A stretch of DNA of 64,000 bases from Felis catus (taxonomy: Eukaryota), in assembly GCF_018350175.1 (NCBI RefSeq), contig NC_058372.1, positions 98,766,001 to 98,830,000 on the forward strand, read 5' to 3'. The translations under genes and the position numbers were made by a program. The notes below the pieces were generated by a model. It searched no databases. It was given only the letters and a program-made list of their open reading frames with translations, and had not been told where the DNA came from. Below are positions 60,286-64,000 of the stretch, in pieces (the first letter of the stretch is position 1; each line of letters opens with the position of its first letter).

Positions 60286-62949
60286 CCAATCTCCAAATAT
60301 CGTCACATTCTGAAGTTGTAGAGGTTAGGACTTTAATGTGTGAATTTTGAGGACACATTTCAGCCCGTAAGAGTCTTCTCACGATGGACCATTTTATGAG
60401 CATTCCCCAGCCCCTTTTCCCCGGGGCGGGGGGCGCCAAGGTGAGAATGACTGGATTCTCGTTCCTTCTCCTTAGCTTCTTTATCACCACAAACTACTCT
60501 CCAGGATGCAGCTGATTCTACAGACCCAAAGGCCCCAAGGGAGGACAGCCATGCCATTGAAGGTAGAGATAGAGGGGGATAGGAAATGGGAAAAAGAAGG
60601 GGGAAGGAAAGAGAACCAATGAGAGGAGAAGGACAAAGGGGGAAAGCAGTCATGAGCACAGAAAGGAGAGGCCTACGTGCCTTTGTTTCCAAACTCGGGA
60701 GAGAGGCTAACCCCACCCAATTTGAAAGGCCAGACCCAGGCTTTGGAGCTGGACCCAGGCTATATCACTTATTTGCTGTGTGTTGGTGGGTCAACGGCTT
60801 ACATTCGTGGTGCCTCTGTTCACTCATTTGTTCACTAGTTCATTCATTCATTCATTCATTCTACAGAATAAGTATTATCTTTCAGACATGCTCCTAGGTA
60901 TTGTCTTACTGGTAAAATGGGAATAATAAACATCATTTTCAGAGTGGGTGGGGAGATTTGAGATAAACATGAAGTATAGGGTCTAGCATGTCATATAGTA
61001 ATGGTTTGTGACCATAGTAATGGTCCCTCCTCATGTGAATGTAAGCCTGTGTGGATAGGAAGTTGGTCTTTGTTTGTTTACTTCTGAATCCCAACACCTG
61101 GAAAGAGGCTTGTACTCAATGGATAGGTGGGGAAGGAAGAAAGATGGAAGAGGGGAAGGGAAGAGGCAAGCATGGTACACTGGCCATTACCATTACTGCT
61201 ACCACTTAGGATGGCCCAGATCCTGGGCCCAGATCCTCAGCAGGGCCCCTGGGAACAGAAGACTATAGTTATTTGAGAGACTCCACGTCAGCTCTAGACC
61301 AACCCATGAGGCAACTGAAATTTCTCTGACACTCTTCCAACTTCACCCCTACCTTAGTTTTCTCCTCATTCCTGATGCCGGGACCTTCTTGTTAGTCACG
61401 GATGACTCGGACCCCTCACCCTGAAGGAAAGTGGGGGTGGGAGAGGCCAGATCTCTGAACTCTGCTGCACTGTGCCTCCAACACTTCACAAGGCTAGTCT
61501 CCTTCCTGATAATCCCAGGCATCACGTGTGTGGAATCGGCTGACAAATGATTCTCACTGTGGTGTGAATAAACATGCAACATGTTGTTACCCCTCCCAAG
61601 GGCACCTGCCCTACGGCAGGGCCCGTGCTTTACCAAGGACAATTGTTATAGCAAACTAGTATAGGGAGAGACCTTACAGGCCAGCCAGTGTGACCCCTTC
61701 ACCTGCAATGACAAATTCGCAGTCCCATAAAAACAAAAACTAATACTGAGCCCCTAAACAGAATGTCTCATGTGACTTTTGACTACCTGAACCCGAATTT
61801 TGCTGTAAGTCAGGCTATTGGTGCTGACCTACATTTTTGGCTTGGCAAAGACAAGAGAAGAAATTCTCTCTTCTGTCTTGCTGCTTTCTCAATACCCTCA
61901 AACACTGCCAGGTATTGCCTATTATCACCTTTAATTTGACAAGAAGTAATTTCCTGACATGTGGAGCTCTCCCAAGAAACCACTCACACAGAGCTGTCAA
62001 ACTGGAACACCAAAACACCAGCCACACAAGACATTAGACCTCAGCCCCCCTCCTTCTGCACACTCTTCCTTTGGACCACAAGAGGAACAGAGTTTGCCTC
62101 CCTTCTCCTTGGGGCAGAAATCACCAGAATGGGGACCCAACGGCTTCCAACACTGTTTTTAGAACAAGAAAATGGAAGGCCTGCATTTCCTGCATTTTAG
62201 CAAAGGAGCTGGCGAGTGCCAAGCAGGTCTGGCCTGCTCTGTCCTGGGCCCAAGGCTACACCGACAGCAGTCCCAGGGCAGAGGAAGCCATATGGAGGCC
62301 AGTCCCTGTCACGTGTGAATCCGACACAGTGGCTAACAGCAGAGCCGGGACAGGAAGAGGCTCTGCTTCATACCCACAAACTAGGCAGGTGAGGAGGGAG
62401 ATTTACGCTGAGGGTGATGAGCCTTCAATGCCAGGACGCTCCACATCAAGGCTTCTGGGAAGGGTCCTAGCAATGCCCTCACACGTCGTATGTTTTTGTA
62501 AACATTGTAGATATGAAATATTTTAACCTTAGTCAATGAAGGCGCTTTCCCTCCTGATATCCCCCCGGTCACACTCATGTAGAGTGGTGCAAGGCACTCT
62601 GGGCGTCAGTGGACAAGGAATTGAGTGAGGGGTCCATTTAATTTGGGTTTCACTGGACATTTCATGTGCGGTTCCTTCCAGGTGTTGTTAGACTATTGTT
62701 GGCCACCCTGAGGAATGACCTCTAGGAAATCTCCTGCCGCCTACTGGGTGTTCTCATTTCTCCTCCTGTCACAAAGGAGCAAGGCCAGGGGCTGGGTAGC
62801 AGTGTGAGCACATTCTGGAAGTGAGGGGTAGTGAAGGAGAACCAAGATCTGGAATGTATGAAGCCAGAAGCAGGTCTGGAAGGTTCATCCAGTTCTTACA
62901 GGTCACATATAAAAGAAACTGGATAGCAGTTTTCAAACACTGACAAGTC

Positions 62950-63326
62950 TAAACACAATGCCAGTGAAGATTTGTGCAGTTGGAAAAAACTTTACTGAAA
63001 TACAATAATGAAAAATTTTCATCAGCCAGATTTGATGAAAAATCAAGTATCTTTCTCTTTTCTCCATAAAAAAGATTACAAAGTCATTTGTGATAAAAAA
63101 AAAAAAGGAATAGTGTTATAAGGGTATTTCAAAGAATTAATGAAAATAGTATATTGTTTGAATTTTATAATGTTTGTGATATTTTTTTAATCATGATTTC
63201 TTTTCTCATTTTAAATAAATACCAACTTTGATACCTAATTTTGTAATGTGTATTTTTGTTTTAATTGAAGAGGGCCTCCAAAATGATGTAAGTTTCAGGT
63301 CCCGCAAACCCTGGATGGAACCCTGG
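62950..63326. mobile_element. Probable old hAT DNA transposon remnant
   Basis: AT-rich body ending agggcctccaaaat...ttcaggtcccgcaaaccctggatggaaccctg. Confidence 0.4.
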
Positions 63327-64000
63327 CAGGAAGTCACTAGAAAAATAATTTAAACCCATCGGAAAGAAGTCAGCCATGTAATAACAGCAATGATGTTCTC
63401 CCCACTACAGCCCCAAACAGCTATTCCATATAAGAAAGGCAATTGAGCGTGGAGACACTTTGAGTTCTTGCATGGTTAAAGGCAACATTCTCCCTTGCAG
63501 GTAGAAAATGTACATTATTTTGTGCATGAGTACAAGGTGAGTTGATACGATGTGAGTCGTGGGCCAGTAGTTGGGAACCTCAAAAGGAAAGCAAGATCCA
63601 AGGGTAAGGGAATTTTGCCCCTGGTTCTGGCAGGGTGAGGCTGGGTATCCCCCACGGGAACAGGAAGGATGCATAGCAGCACCCGAGCTTCCCCTGACCT
63701 TGGGCAGAGGAGAGGAAGACTCAAACATCTCTGGCATGAATCTTAGGAGCCTTGTGAGCCGCGTGAATGCTTTCAATCTCCTGAGTCTACTTTGACAGCC
63801 CATCTTTCCTTGGCTTTCATTTGCTTCCTTTATTTTCAAGTTATTTTAGGTTTGGGCAAATGAAACATCCACAAAAGGTCAAATCAGCAGCAACACGCTT
63901 CTGCAGGTTGGGAGGATGGCCGGAGCCCATGCTGGTGCCGGGTGGGGACTGGGATTTTAATAGGGCCCTGAGGAAGGCTCAATGGGACAAATGGCATGCC

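Larger units (their letters stand above)
59625..60372 (-). mobile_element. MLT1A/B-like LTR interrupted by two SINEs
   Basis: ctagggctgccgt...aaataccacaga...ggaagtccaagatcaagg...ttataaggacaccagtc...acacatttcagcccgtaa. Confidence 0.8.

Overview
Mammalian genomic DNA, almost certainly from a felid, judging by about 27 carnivore tRNA-derived Can-SINEs, several of the young SINEC_Fc type. The only confidently intact gene is GPR6, a class A GPCR with a single coding exon (CDS 7498..8586, 362 aa). It lies in a CpG island with a full CRE, a near-consensus REST/RE1 site in its intron, an 8-codon uORF, and a 3'UTR with two miR-17-family 8mers and a Pumilio element. The remaining ~55 kb is repeat-rich (SINEC, L1, L2, MIR, MaLR/ERVL/ERV1 LTRs, hAT MERs, microsatellites) and has six N gaps. 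Less obvious signals: (1) about 20 AG..GT-bounded, mostly phase-compatible, stop-poor exon-like segments on the + strand between 19.3 and 42.6 kb, possibly an unannotated decayed multi-exon gene (hypothesis, family not recognised); (2) a tailless U5 snRNA retropseudogene with target-site duplication (TSD) at 30796; (3) two nested SINE stacks that reused the same target site. Repeat family names are by-eye recognitions, not database results. No prokaryotic-type systems are present.
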